Below are positions 40,369 through 50,296 of a DNA stretch of 53,989 bases, piece after piece (within the stretch, counting starts at the first letter, position 1; every line of letters starts with the position of its first letter). The notes beneath the pieces were generated by a model, which was not told the origin of the DNA, ran no database searches, and worked only from the letters and a program-made list of their open reading frames with translations. The stretch lies in NCBI GenBank assembly GCA_009908725.1, contig JAAAOT010000162.1, positions 1 through 53,989 of the forward strand, read 5' to 3'. A program made the translations under genes and the position numbers. This stretch comes from Bacteroidota bacterium. GTDB lineage: Bacteria; Bacteroidota; Rhodothermia; Rhodothermales; Salinibacteraceae.

Positions 40369-40457
40369 GGAGGGGTGCCCGAGCGGTCGAAGGGGCTCGC
40401 CTGGAAAGCGAGTGTGCCGCTTTCGCGGTACCGAGGGTTCGAATCCCTCCCCCTCCG
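40369..40457 (+). tRNA. tRNA-Ser(GGA)
   Basis: Acceptor GGAGGGG/CCCCTCC, anticodon arm CTCGC-CTGGAAA-GCGAG, long variable arm, T-arm GAGGG-TTCGAAT-CCCTC, discriminator G; CCA not encoded. Confidence 0.96.
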
Positions 40458-40509
40458 CCCTGATCGAACGCCGCCTGCGTCCCGGCATCCAGGCGTTCGA
40501 CCTTCATCG

Positions 40510-40549
40510 AAAGCCGAGTTGCCTGTGTATGGCGGCTCGGCTTTTTCTC
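40510..40549 (+). terminator. Intrinsic terminator after tRNA-Ser
   Basis: AAAGCCGAGTTGCC/GGCGGCTCGGCTTT stem plus T-tract. Confidence 0.75.
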
Positions 40550-40594
40550 TACGCTACGCCTCTCCCGCAGACCGGAGCCTGTGCTCCCCTCTCC

Positions 40595-41479
40595 ATGATT
40601 CACAGCATGACCGGATTCGGGCGCGGCTCGGCCTCACGTGCCGGGGCCACCGCGACCGTCGAAATCAAGAGCGTCAACAAGCGTCATCACGACGTCTCGG
40701 TTCGCATGCCGGGCAACCTGGCCGAGAAGGAGTCGGCCATCCAGACAGCGCTGCGAGACGCGTTCGAACGCGGTCAGTTCACCGTGTACATCGACGTGGA
40801 ATCCAACCTGGATACCACGGTGCCCTACCAGGTTGACCCGGAGGCCACGGCAATGTACGCCAACCTGCTCCGCGACCTACAGTCCGCAGCGGGCATCGAC
40901 GCCGAGATCACGGTGGACGACCTGCTTCGGTTCGACGGCGTCCTGACCGAGGAGCGCCCCGACGACGATGAGCTGCTCGACGAGGCATGGGCGGCCGTCG
41001 AAGCCGCCACCGAGGAAGCCATCGAAGCGCTCGCTACCATGCGCGCACAGGAAGGGGAAGCCCTCCGGGACGACCTTGAGAACCGCCTGCGAGCGATCGA
41101 GAGAGACCTTCAGGCCGTTGAAGACCGGGCCCCGGAACGCGTCCGAGAACACCAGCAGCGTCTCCGCGACCGCCTTGCGGAGATCATGGACGACGAACGC
41201 ATCGACAACGACCGTATCGAGACGGAAATCGCCGTCCTGGCCGACAAGCTCGACATCAGCGAGGAGTGCGTTCGGCTACGGTCGCACATCGACATGTTTC
41301 GCGAGTCGCTCGCCGACGATGAACCATCCGGTCGAAAGCTGAAGTTTATCACGCAGGAGATCCACCGCGAGGTGAACACGATCGGTGCGAAAGCGAACGA
41401 CCCGTCCATCAGCGGGTGCGGCGTCCGCATGAAAGAGGAAGTCGAAAAGATTCGCGAGCAGGTGCGGAATGTGGAGTAG
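40595..41479 (+). CDS. yicC: YicC/YloC family endoribonuclease
   Basis: MIHSMTGFGR, EIKSVN, DISEECVRLRSH, GRKLKF..QEIHREVNTIGAK, EKIREQVRNVE. Confidence 0.94.
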   Translation: MIHSMTGFGRGSASRAGATATVEIKSVNKRHHDVSVRMPGNLAEKESAIQTALRDAFERGQFTVYIDVESNLDTTVPYQVDPEATAMYANLLRDLQSAAGIDAEITVDDLLRFDGVLTEERPDDDELLDEAWAAVEAATEEAIEALATMRAQEGEALRDDLENRLRAIERDLQAVEDRAPERVREHQQRLRDRLAEIMDDERIDNDRIETEIAVLADKLDISEECVRLRSHIDMFRESLADDEPSGRKLKFITQEIHREVNTIGAKANDPSISGCGVRMKEEVEKIREQVRNVE

Positions 41480-41562
41480 GCTTTACCACCGAAGACACTC
41501 ACACGTACCCGACGGTGACCGGACGGACGCTGCGAACACCGGAGGCCTTGGAAGGAGGGTTT

Positions 41563-41626
41563 AGGTGTTCGGGTGTTCGGGTGTTTAGGTGTTTCTGTGT
41601 TCGGGGGCCTGGGTGTTCAGGTGTTT
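41563..41626. repeat. Octamer tandem repeat (RGGTGTTY) x8, degenerate
   Basis: AGGTGTTC GGGTGTTC GGGTGTTT AGGTGTTT CTGTGTTC GGGGGCCT GGGTGTTC AGGTGTTT. Confidence 0.8.
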
Positions 41627-41771
41627 GCGCACGCCCCGGCACTAGCACAACCGGCCATCAGACCCACCCTCTCCCGATAGCGCTCGCTGTCGCTCCGCGC
41701 AGCTGGACAGAGCGAGTCCCGATCCTGGATCGTAGAATCCATTACCGCAATACGTCCCAACGCCCTGGCTC

Positions 41772-42341
41772 ATGCCCGACGACCGTTTCATCATCGTTCT
41801 CACCGCCCCGAGCGGCGCCGGTAAAACGACTATCGCCCACCGCGTCCTCGAGGAGCGCCCGAACCTCTCCTTCTCGGTTTCGGCGACCACCCGGGACCCT
41901 CGCCCCGAAGAAACCGACGGACGGGACTACCACTTTCTGTCGGTCAACGAGTTCGAGGAACGCATCAACGACGGCGACTTGCTCGAATACGAACAGGTGT
42001 ACGACGGCCTCTACTACGGCACGCTAAAATCGGAGATCGCGGAGAAATCCGTCGGCGGCGGCGTGCTGCTCGACATCGACGTAAAGGGTGCCATCAACGT
42101 CAAAAAGGCGTTCGGGGACGACGCTCTCGTACTCTTCATCGCGCCGCCGTCGGTCGACGAACTGGAGCGCCGGCTGAGCGGCCGAGGGACGGAGACGGAC
42201 GCCGACGTCGAGACGCGCCTCAATCGCGCCCGGATGGAACTGGGAATGAAAGACGAATTCGACGCCGTCGTCGTCAATGACGACCTGAATAAGGCCGTCG
42301 AGGAAACCTTGTCGCACGTCGATCGGTTTGTCCACAGCTAA
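41772..42341 (+). CDS. gmk: Guanylate kinase
   Basis: APSGAGKTT, SVSATTRDPR, YYGT, DIDVKGA, FIAPPS. Confidence 0.96.
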   Translation: MPDDRFIIVLTAPSGAGKTTIAHRVLEERPNLSFSVSATTRDPRPEETDGRDYHFLSVNEFEERINDGDLLEYEQVYDGLYYGTLKSEIAEKSVGGGVLLDIDVKGAINVKKAFGDDALVLFIAPPSVDELERRLSGRGTETDADVETRLNRARMELGMKDEFDAVVVNDDLNKAVEETLSHVDRFVHS

Positions 42342-42417
42342 TGACCGGAGAACTCCTGACCGACATCTCCGGCAGCAGCGTCACCAACTCTTGAAGCACG
42401 CCAGACCCTGACTCTCT

Positions 42418-42714
42418 ATGGCTATTAAAACGCTGGACGTCGACGAGCTCGCGAAGCGGACCGGCAACATCTACGAGACCGTCGCGATCCTGTCCAAACG
42501 CTCCCGCCAGGTCGCATCGAACGTCAAGTCTGAACTTGACGACAAGCTTTCCTACTTCGAAGGCTTCGGCCCGGAGATGGAGGACGTTCGCATGCAGGAA
42601 GAGCAGGAGGAAGTCTCCCTCGAATACGAGAAAATGCCGGAGCCGACGGAAGTCGCTATTGGCGAGTTCCTGAACAACGAGCTCTACTACCGGAAGCCGT
42701 CGGAAGAAGAGTAG
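42418..42714 (+). CDS. rpoZ: RNA polymerase omega subunit (Bacteroidota type)
   Basis: TGNIYETVAILSKRSRQ...EQEEVSLEYEKMPEPT; gmk-rpoZ-coaBC synteny. Confidence 0.88.
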   Translation: MAIKTLDVDELAKRTGNIYETVAILSKRSRQVASNVKSELDDKLSYFEGFGPEMEDVRMQEEQEEVSLEYEKMPEPTEVAIGEFLNNELYYRKPSEEE

Positions 42715-42838
42715 TCTTCCGGCAACGGTTCTGGCAAACGCCCGACCGGCGCGTCGAAGCAGGGCCTTGAAGCTCTGCGCGGCGGGTCCGACGGGCGTTT
42801 TGCGTTGTTGCCCCGCCTCGTCGTCCTATGCCCGCGCC

Positions 42839-44158
42839 ATGCCCGACACGTCCTCCCTCCCGGATCTGGACCGACGCCGCATTCTACTCGGCGTCACCGG
42901 CAGCATCGCCGCCTACAAAGCGGCCGTGCTCGTCCGGCTGCTGACAAAATCCGGCGCGGAGGTTCAGGTGTTGATGACGGAGGGCGCGTCTCGCTTCATT
43001 TCCCCGCTCACGCTCGGCACCCTGTCCGAGCGCGAGGTTCTGACGGACATTTTCCCCGACGGTCCCGCGACCGATGAGGGGAGCTGGACGAAACACGTTG
43101 ACCTGGGGCTCTGGGCCGATCTGCTCGTGGTCGCTCCGGCGACGGCGCAGACGCTCGCGAAGCTGACGCACGGCTTCTGCGACTCGATGCTGACAGCGAC
43201 AGCGCTCTCCGCCCGCTGCCCGTTGATGGTGTGTCCGGCCATGGACCGGGACATGTACACCCACCCGTCGACGCAGCGCAACCTGGAGACGCTCCGGGCC
43301 GACGGCCACATCGTCATGCCCGCCGCCCATGGCGAGCTCGCCAGCGGCCTCGTCGGGCAGGGACGGATGCCGGAGCCGGACGCCATCGTCGAGCGGGTGG
43401 CGACGGAACTCGCGGATCGCCCCTACGCAGCCGATCGGGACGACCACAACACGCCCCCCGACGAAACACCGTCGTCCCGGAAGCCGAACGATTCTATGGC
43501 AGGGCGAGAGGTCCTCGTCACGGCCGGCCCCACGCAGGAGCCGCTCGACCCAGTGCGGATGCTGACGAACCCGTCCACGGGCACCATGGGCTTTGAAGTG
43601 GCGCGAGAAGCCGCACGTCGCGGCGCCTCCGTCACGCTCGTAGCAGGGCCGACCTCGCTGGATACGCCGCCCGGGGTCAACCGCGTCGACGTCCGGACGA
43701 CCGAGGAAATGCACGCGGCCGTTCAGCAGCGGCGGACTGATGTTGACCTCGTGGTCATGGCCGCCGCCGTGGCCGACTACACGCCGGTGGATCCGTCCGA
43801 TTCGAAACGAAAGAAAGACGAAGAGGAACTGGTCTTGCACCTCCGGCGGACGCCCGATATTCTGGAGACGCTGGGCAAGCACAAGCGGGCCGGGCAGACG
43901 CTTGTCGGGTTCGCGCTGGAGACGGACGACGGCCCTGAGAACGCGCGACGCAAGATTGATCGAAAGAGTCTGGACTGGATCGTCCTCAACAATCCATCCG
44001 AGTCAGGGGCTGGGTTCGGCACGACCACGAACCGTGTCACCCTCTTCCACCGGGACGGCTATTCCGAGGCGCTGCCGCTACAGTCCAAGCGTGCCGTCGC
44101 CCGGGCGTTGCTCGACCGCGTGACCCGACCCGTGCCCACGACCCAGGACGCCTCCTGA
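42839..44158 (+). CDS. coaBC: Phosphopantothenoylcysteine decarboxylase/ligase
   Basis: GVTGSIAAYK, APATA, PAMD, GQGRM, VTAGPT, NPSTGTMG, AAAVADY, VGFALET. Confidence 0.96.
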   Translation: MPDTSSLPDLDRRRILLGVTGSIAAYKAAVLVRLLTKSGAEVQVLMTEGASRFISPLTLGTLSEREVLTDIFPDGPATDEGSWTKHVDLGLWADLLVVAPATAQTLAKLTHGFCDSMLTATALSARCPLMVCPAMDRDMYTHPSTQRNLETLRADGHIVMPAAHGELASGLVGQGRMPEPDAIVERVATELADRPYAADRDDHNTPPDETPSSRKPNDSMAGREVLVTAGPTQEPLDPVRMLTNPSTGTMGFEVAREAARRGASVTLVAGPTSLDTPPGVNRVDVRTTEEMHAAVQQRRTDVDLVVMAAAVADYTPVDPSDSKRKKDEEELVLHLRRTPDILETLGKHKRAGQTLVGFALETDDGPENARRKIDRKSLDWIVLNNPSESGAGFGTTTNRVTLFHRDGYSEALPLQSKRAVARALLDRVTRPVPTTQDAS

Positions 44159-44203
44159 CGGGCTCCCTTCCGTGTTCTCGCTGCACGCTCTACCCTCGCC
44201 TTC

Positions 44204-45310
44204 ATGCGCACCCTTCTCCAGCAACTCCGGTCTCTGATCGAGCGCGAGGCGGCCATGCACGGCCCGCTCGTTCCGCTCGGCGAGCCGGAATCCGGAGACG
44301 GCAGATCAGCCCGAGAACAGGACGGTGACACGAAGGCGAAATCGGAAACCGCGCCGGTGGCGACAGAGCACGACCTCCAAAACGCGCGCTCACAGCCGAC
44401 GCCGGATACAGCATCCCGGGACGCTCAAGTCGGGTCCGAAACGACGGATGATGCTGCGGATGGCCCGGTGGATGAACGGGGTCCCACTGCCACAGACGAA
44501 AATACAACGTCTGACGCGGACAGCGCATCGCCCGACTCCGGCGACCTTCCTGCCCCGTCGACCGTTTCCGACACGACCGCGACCGGATCGTCTGACGGCG
44601 CATCCTCCGCTTCTCCTTCCCCTTCTGACGCCTCTATGCCCAACCGCGACCTGTTCGGCAACGAAGTCGATCCCACCGAAGACCCGTCCCGCCCCCCGCG
44701 CGAACGCGTCGGAGCACTCATCCCCGACGATGCTCCGTACCGGGAGATCAACTCGCTCGCGGACCTGGAAGAGTGGGTCGCGCAGAACACGCTCGTCCCG
44801 ATCGACGAGGACCGCACCAACCCTGTCTTCGGCGTCGGCGACCCTGAGGCCGACCTCCTGATCATCGGCGAGGCGCCAGGCGCCAACGAGGACGAGCAGG
44901 GCGAGCCGTTCGTCGGACGCGCTGGAAAACTGCTCGACAAAATCCTGGAAGCGATCAACTTCCAGCGGCAGGACGTCTACATCGCCAACATCCTGAAGAG
45001 CCGCCCGCCCAACAACCGGGATCCGCTCGCCGAAGAGGTCGACGCGCACATTACGATTCTCTATAAACAGATTGCACTCATCCAGCCTGCCATTATCTTG
45101 TGTGTGGGAAAGGTGGCTGCGAACACGATGCTCGACCGCAGCTCTTCCCTCGGTTCGCTGCGCGGCAAAGAGCACGACTTCTACGGCATTCCGCTCTACG
45201 CCACGTACCATCCGGCGGCGCTGCTCCGCAACTCAAACTGGAAGCGTCCCACGTGGGAGGACGTGAAGCTGGTTCGGACGCGCTACGATGAACTGATCGG
45301 GACGTCCTGA
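44204..45310 (+). CDS. Family-4-like uracil-DNA glycosylase with long low-complexity N-terminal extension
   Basis: [47 protein letters not shown]. Confidence 0.9.
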   Translation: MRTLLQQLRSLIEREAAMHGPLVPLGEPESGDGRSAREQDGDTKAKSETAPVATEHDLQNARSQPTPDTASRDAQVGSETTDDAADGPVDERGPTATDENTTSDADSASPDSGDLPAPSTVSDTTATGSSDGASSASPSPSDASMPNRDLFGNEVDPTEDPSRPPRERVGALIPDDAPYREINSLADLEEWVAQNTLVPIDEDRTNPVFGVGDPEADLLIIGEAPGANEDEQGEPFVGRAGKLLDKILEAINFQRQDVYIANILKSRPPNNRDPLAEEVDAHITILYKQIALIQPAIILCVGKVAANTMLDRSSSLGSLRGKEHDFYGIPLYATYHPAALLRNSNWKRPTWEDVKLVRTRYDELIGTS

Positions 45311-45417
45311 CGGTCCGGCCCGTACCGCAACCGGCCCGCTTCGACCGCGGCGATGCTCCTCGCCCGAGATCGACGGGTTCCCTCCACGCGTTTTCCATCT
45401 GCCTGTACGCTTTCGCC

Positions 45418-47028
45418 ATGGCCGATTCCGGCGATCAGTCCAAGTCTCCACGCATCAACATCGACGACACGTCGCGCCCGTCGTATCCCCTCGAGAAAAT
45501 GCGGGGCCGACAAAGCGAGCGCCGTCGTCAGCAGGCCGACGCCGTCCACAAGAAGTCGGGGCGCGTTCCGCCCCAGGCCACGGATGTCGAAATGTCCGTA
45601 CTTGGCGCGATGCTGATCGAGCGGGAGGCCATTCCGAAGGCGATCGAGGTGCTGCCACCGGAGGCGTTTTACAGCAGCAAGCACCAGAAAATCTATGAGT
45701 CGATCCTGAACCTCTTCGAACGGGGCAACCCGGTCGACTTGGTGACCCTGACGGAGGAGTTGAAGCGACGTGATGCACTCGAGGACGTGGGCGGGGCATA
45801 CTATCTGACCGAGCTCACGACGCAGGTCGCGTCCGCGGCGAACGTTGAGTACCACGCGCGGATCATCGCGGAGAAGTCGCTACTCCGCAAGATGATCGAG
45901 AAGATGACCACCCTGGTCGGAAAAGCGTACGAGTCGGGCGCCGACGCCTTCGAGCTCCTGGATGAGGCGGAGAGTGAGATTTTCTCCATCTCCGACACGC
46001 AGCTTCGAAAAGCCGCCTCCCCGCTCAACGACGTCGTCAAGGACACGCTGGAGCGGCTCGAATCCATCCATGGACAGAAGGGCGGCATCACGGGCGTCCC
46101 GAGTGGCTTTACGAAGCTCGACGACATGACGAGTGGCTGGCAGCCGTCCGACCTGATCATCATCGCGGCGCGGCCCTCCATGGGAAAAACCGCGTTTAGC
46201 CTCGCGACGGCGATGAATGCGGCGATGCATCCGACCAATCCCGCCGGCGTCGCCATTTTCTCGCTCGAGATGGGCGCGCAGCAGCTGGCGCAGCGTCTTC
46301 TCACGTCCGAGGCCCGTGTCGACGCCCAGCGCGCCCGTACGGGCCGGATGAAAGACGACGACTGGCAGCGCCTCGCGCGGGCAGCCGGAAAGCTGAGCGA
46401 GGCCAACATTTTCATCGACGACACCCCGGGCCTCAGCGTCCTGGAGCTCCGCGCCAAATGCCGTCGCCTCAAGGCCGAGCACGACATCGGCCTCGTGGTG
46501 GTGGACTACCTGCAGCTGATGCAGGCCTCCGGCGGACTCCGCAGCGGCGCGAACCGCGAACAGGAGATCGCCCATATCTCACGGTCGCTGAAAGGGCTGG
46601 CGAAGGAGCTCAACCTGCCGGTCATCGCGCTGTCACAGCTCAACCGCAGCGTCGAAAACCGGGGCGGCGACAAGCGACCACAGCTGTCCGACCTCCGGGA
46701 ATCCGGGTCGATCGAGCAGGACGCGGATGTCGTATCGTTCATCTACCGCGCCGAGCGCTACGGGATCACGGTGGACGAAAACGGCAACTCGACCGAAGGC
46801 ATCGCCGAGATCATCATCGGGAAGCAGCGAAACGGCCCGATCGGTACGGTCGAGCTGGCCTTCATCGACCGCTACGCGTTGTTCGAGAACCTGACTTCCA
46901 AGTATAACGACAACGATCAGGGCGGCTTCGGCGGCGGCTACGACGACGATTACGGGGGCGGAGACGGCTACGACGGCGGCCAGCAGCAGGGCGGAGGCAA
47001 TAGCTTCGAGGACGACGCGCCGTTCTAA
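45418..47028 (+). CDS. dnaB: Replicative DNA helicase (no intein)
   Basis: PPQ..E.SVLGAML, AARPSMGKTA, FSLEM, VDYLQL, LSQLNR, DLRESGSIEQDAD, KQRNGP. Confidence 0.97.
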   Translation: MADSGDQSKSPRINIDDTSRPSYPLEKMRGRQSERRRQQADAVHKKSGRVPPQATDVEMSVLGAMLIEREAIPKAIEVLPPEAFYSSKHQKIYESILNLFERGNPVDLVTLTEELKRRDALEDVGGAYYLTELTTQVASAANVEYHARIIAEKSLLRKMIEKMTTLVGKAYESGADAFELLDEAESEIFSISDTQLRKAASPLNDVVKDTLERLESIHGQKGGITGVPSGFTKLDDMTSGWQPSDLIIIAARPSMGKTAFSLATAMNAAMHPTNPAGVAIFSLEMGAQQLAQRLLTSEARVDAQRARTGRMKDDDWQRLARAAGKLSEANIFIDDTPGLSVLELRAKCRRLKAEHDIGLVVVDYLQLMQASGGLRSGANREQEIAHISRSLKGLAKELNLPVIALSQLNRSVENRGGDKRPQLSDLRESGSIEQDADVVSFIYRAERYGITVDENGNSTEGIAEIIIGKQRNGPIGTVELAFIDRYALFENLTSKYNDNDQGGFGGGYDDDYGGGDGYDGGQQQGGGNSFEDDAPF

Positions 47029-47094
47029 TTCGAAGGGCGAAGCGCGAAATGCGAAGTGGGTCGTACTGAGCCGTTCAGCGCGCGATTAAAATAG

Positions 47095-47140
47095 AAAACG
47101 CGCCCCGGAAGCCGATTCCGACGGGCGCGTTTTCCGTTTC
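47095..47140 (+). terminator. Probable (bidirectional) terminator after dnaB
   Basis: AAAACGCGCCC...GGGCGCGTTTT inverted repeat. Confidence 0.65.
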
Positions 47141-47805
47141 GATCTGCACTGTGGTACTAGATCTCAATGATTGGTTTGGTGCTTGGCCACCGACGACGGG
47201 ACAGTTCTGTTCGAAAATGGCCGAGAGAACCCGCTAAAAACAGTGAGTCTTCTGCTCAACGACTCCGTCCGAATCGACGTGAGATAGGACGCCACCAGTT
47301 GTTGTAGGCGCCGGCTCACTGCATACAGGGTGCAAAACAGCCCCCACTGCGAAAAGGACATCTACGGGAGAACCGCCTCGAGCGAGTGAACCCGTCAGAG
47401 AGCGGTCCTAGCCGCAAGATAGCGCCATTCGACCGCACCTTTCCTAACGAAGATGGCATCAGAAGATCAAGAAGACTCCCTACAACTAAGGATGGAGAGC
47501 CTGTTTGGCGGACATGTGTACTCCTGGGCACCTGACGCTAATTCTCGCAATAAAGATCGCCCGCACCTAATTCCACAACATCCGTGAACATCTACATGGA
47601 GGTTGCCATTGCCCGCTACCGCGAAAATCCGGCCCTCGTCGGACTACGCCACTACGCATCACCGAGCCGCTTCTCGGGAGATGAGACACCGGGCGACGGG
47701 TTGGAGTGATCGCCGGGTGTTCTCTGGAGACGGAAGAACGCAATGGGGATGCTGAGGCCATTCCGGATGATGCACATACTCCCGAAGCTACACAGATCCA
47801 CCTCT

Positions 47806-49239
47806 CTACGCCGTCACGGCTTCCGGCTCCTCAAGGTTGCTGAAGAGGTTGTTCAGCGACTCGGTATAGGTTGGGTGAGCGAAGGCGGAGGAGCGGATAT
47901 CCTCGGCGGTGACGCCGCCCATCATCGCCATCTGGAGGACGGACATGATCTCGCCGCCCTCAATCCCGAGAATGGCGGCACCGAGGACCCGGCCCGTATC
48001 GCGGTCGACGACCGCTTTCATCAGGCCGCGCGTTTCGTCGACTTCCAGCGCCCGGGCGACATGGGTCATCGGCATCTTCGCCACCAGCACATCGCGTCCC
48101 TGCTCGATCGCCTGGTCTTCAGAAAGACCGACACGGCCGAGTTGCGGGTCGGTGAAGAGGGTGTATGGCACGAGCCGCCCCTCGATCGACCGGCCGGCGT
48201 CCTCAAGCCAATTGTCGCGCACGATGCGATAGTCGTCGTAGGAGATGTGGGTAAACGCCGGACCGCCCTTCACGTCTCCGATCGCAGCGATGTGATCTGC
48301 CGACGTTTCGAGGTGGTCATTCACGCGGACGTACCCGCGGTCGTCGGTGTCGACCCCCGCGGCGTCCAGATTGAGGGCTTCCGTGTTGGGGCGGCGGCCG
48401 ACGGCGACGAGCAGGTGTGTACCACGGAGGCGCTTCGGTGCATCCGGACCCTCGAGGCACGCCGTGAGCGTCCCGTCCGCCCGCTTCTCGGTGGAGTCCA
48501 AATTCGTCGACGTCAGAACCCGGATGCCGTCGTCCTGGAGGATCTCCGTCAGCGTCTCGGCGACGTCCGCATCCTCGCGAGAGAGGATCTGATCGGCGCG
48601 CTCGATGAGGGTGACGTCCGATCCGAACCGCCGAAACATCTGCCCGAACTCGAGTCCGATGTAGCCGCCGCCCAAAACGATCAGGTGATCGGGAACAATG
48701 TCGAGCTCCATGATGGAGGTCGACGTGAGGTAGTCGATCTCATCCAGCCCGTCGATGGGCGGAATAAAGGGGCGCTCCCCCGTGTTGATCACGAACCGCT
48801 CGGCGGAAAGGCGCCTCGGAGGACCGTCATGAAAGGCCACCTCCACGGTGTGCGGGTCGACGAAGGCCGCTTCTCCCTCGACGAGGTCCAGCCCCTCCGT
48901 TCCTTCCACGGCATTACGGCTGCCGGAGCGGAACGACTCGACGATCTCGCGCTTGCGGGCGCGCACTCGCTCGAGGTCGACGGAGACCTCGCCGGTGTCG
49001 ACACCGTAGTCGGCCGCTCGGCGCGCAAGGTGAGCGACGCGGGCGCTGGCGATCATGGTTTTGGTGGGCGTGCAGCCCTCGTTCACGCAGGTTCCGCCGA
49101 CGTGCTTCCGCTCAACGAGGGCAACCGACCGGCCCGCCCGGGCCAGAGCACCAGCGAGCGGCCCGCCTCCCTGTCCGGCGCCGATCACGATGACGTCGTA
49201 TGTGGCAGGATCCGAAGAGGAGTTGTTGTGCTGGGGCAT
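47806..49239 (-). CDS. Pyridine nucleotide-disulfide oxidoreductase (RclA/YkgC-like, MerA-related)
   Basis: GAGQGG, GGTCVNEGCTPTK, GGGYIGLE, GDVKGG, AHPTYTESLNNLF; lacks the MerA C-terminal Cys-Cys. Confidence 0.88.
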   Translation of the reverse strand: MPQHNNSSSDPATYDVIVIGAGQGGGPLAGALARAGRSVALVERKHVGGTCVNEGCTPTKTMIASARVAHLARRAADYGVDTGEVSVDLERVRARKREIVESFRSGSRNAVEGTEGLDLVEGEAAFVDPHTVEVAFHDGPPRRLSAERFVINTGERPFIPPIDGLDEIDYLTSTSIMELDIVPDHLIVLGGGYIGLEFGQMFRRFGSDVTLIERADQILSREDADVAETLTEILQDDGIRVLTSTNLDSTEKRADGTLTACLEGPDAPKRLRGTHLLVAVGRRPNTEALNLDAAGVDTDDRGYVRVNDHLETSADHIAAIGDVKGGPAFTHISYDDYRIVRDNWLEDAGRSIEGRLVPYTLFTDPQLGRVGLSEDQAIEQGRDVLVAKMPMTHVARALEVDETRGLMKAVVDRDTGRVLGAAILGIEGGEIMSVLQMAMMGGVTAEDIRSSAFAHPTYTESLNNLFSNLEEPEAVTA

Positions 49240-49312
49240 AGGAGAAGGAAAATTGACTGGTAAGAACGACGATGGATCGAAGCAGACAGGGTTCAGCGGA
49301 GAGCGGGGCGGC

Positions 49313-50173
49313 TCATGTCAGAACAACCTCCGCCAGGAGAATCATGGAGACAATCAGGAAGAGGACGCCCATTCCCAGTTCACGGGTGCGCTCCGGGATG
49401 CGCTCGGCAACCGCCGGGCCGATCTGCCCGCCGAGGAGTACGCCGGGGACGGTGAAGAGTAGCAAGTTGACGAGCCGTTCGACCGTGGATCCGCCGACCT
49501 GCAGGAGGGTCGCCACGTGGCCGGCAGAGGCCGTGAGTGCGGTTACGGCGACCACGAACACGCTCGTGGCGACGGCGATGCGGGCGGGGATGCGGCACCG
49601 CTGCAGAAACAGGTAGCCGTTCAGTTCGCCGAGGCCGGTCGACACCATGCCGATGAAGAGTCCGCCGATGCCGCCGGACAAGATCCCCTCCGTGCGGTTG
49701 AACACGGTATAGCAGAGTTCCTCTCCGTCGGCCGTGCGGCGGCAGCGTTCGGCGCGGTCGGGGGACTGTCGGTTGGCGGCGTCGATTTGGTCGCGCACCG
49801 CCTCGGTCGGCGATCGGAGAAAGCTGGCGGCGACGACCACAAGCCCGACGCCGAGAACGGTTTTCAGGATGTTGGCGGCCACGTAATGGGCCGCATACGT
49901 CCCGACCAGGGCCGCGGGGATGCTGACGGCAAGCAGCGTTCCGCCCATTCGGTAGTCGATGAGGCGACGGCGGATGTAGGCGACGAGGCCGCTGCCGAAT
50001 CCGAACACCTCCACGATGAGCCCGGCGCTGATGGCGGTCCGCGGCTCCAGGCCCAGTGCGAGGATAAAGAAGGGGGAGAAAAACGTGGCTCCCTCTACCC
50101 CCGCCCCGAGGGCCACCGTTGCAAAAACGACGGCCACGGGCAGCATGAACCAGAACTCCAGCGACAGCTCCAT
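49313..50173 (-). CDS. TauE/SafE sulfite-exporter family membrane protein
   Basis: Multiple TM segments; GVEGATFFSP, STGLGE, AVATS, GGQIG; ATG 50173. Confidence 0.85.
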   Translation of the reverse strand: MELSLEFWFMLPVAVVFATVALGAGVEGATFFSPFFILALGLEPRTAISAGLIVEVFGFGSGLVAYIRRRLIDYRMGGTLLAVSIPAALVGTYAAHYVAANILKTVLGVGLVVVAASFLRSPTEAVRDQIDAANRQSPDRAERCRRTADGEELCYTVFNRTEGILSGGIGGLFIGMVSTGLGELNGYLFLQRCRIPARIAVATSVFVVAVTALTASAGHVATLLQVGGSTVERLVNLLLFTVPGVLLGGQIGPAVAERIPERTRELGMGVLFLIVSMILLAEVVLT

Positions 50174-50296
50174 CACGCGATGTGGGAACGGTGAACGGTG
50201 CGCGGTTTGTACTTCGGAACGAGCGGCGGTCCCGAGGAAGGACGCCGGCAACTATCGCTCTGCCAGGCGGCGCGATTCTCGATTCGGACCGACCGT

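Noticed and set aside
40369-40600. Integrative element at tRNA-Ser
   Set aside because: No integrase and no duplicated tRNA 3' end seen; a terminator and yicC follow directly.
45418-47028. Intein in DnaB
   Set aside because: Helicase motifs are contiguous; the extra length comes from terminal extensions.
47806-49239. Mercuric reductase merA
   Set aside because: No C-terminal Cys-Cys, no NmerA domain and no mer operon genes.
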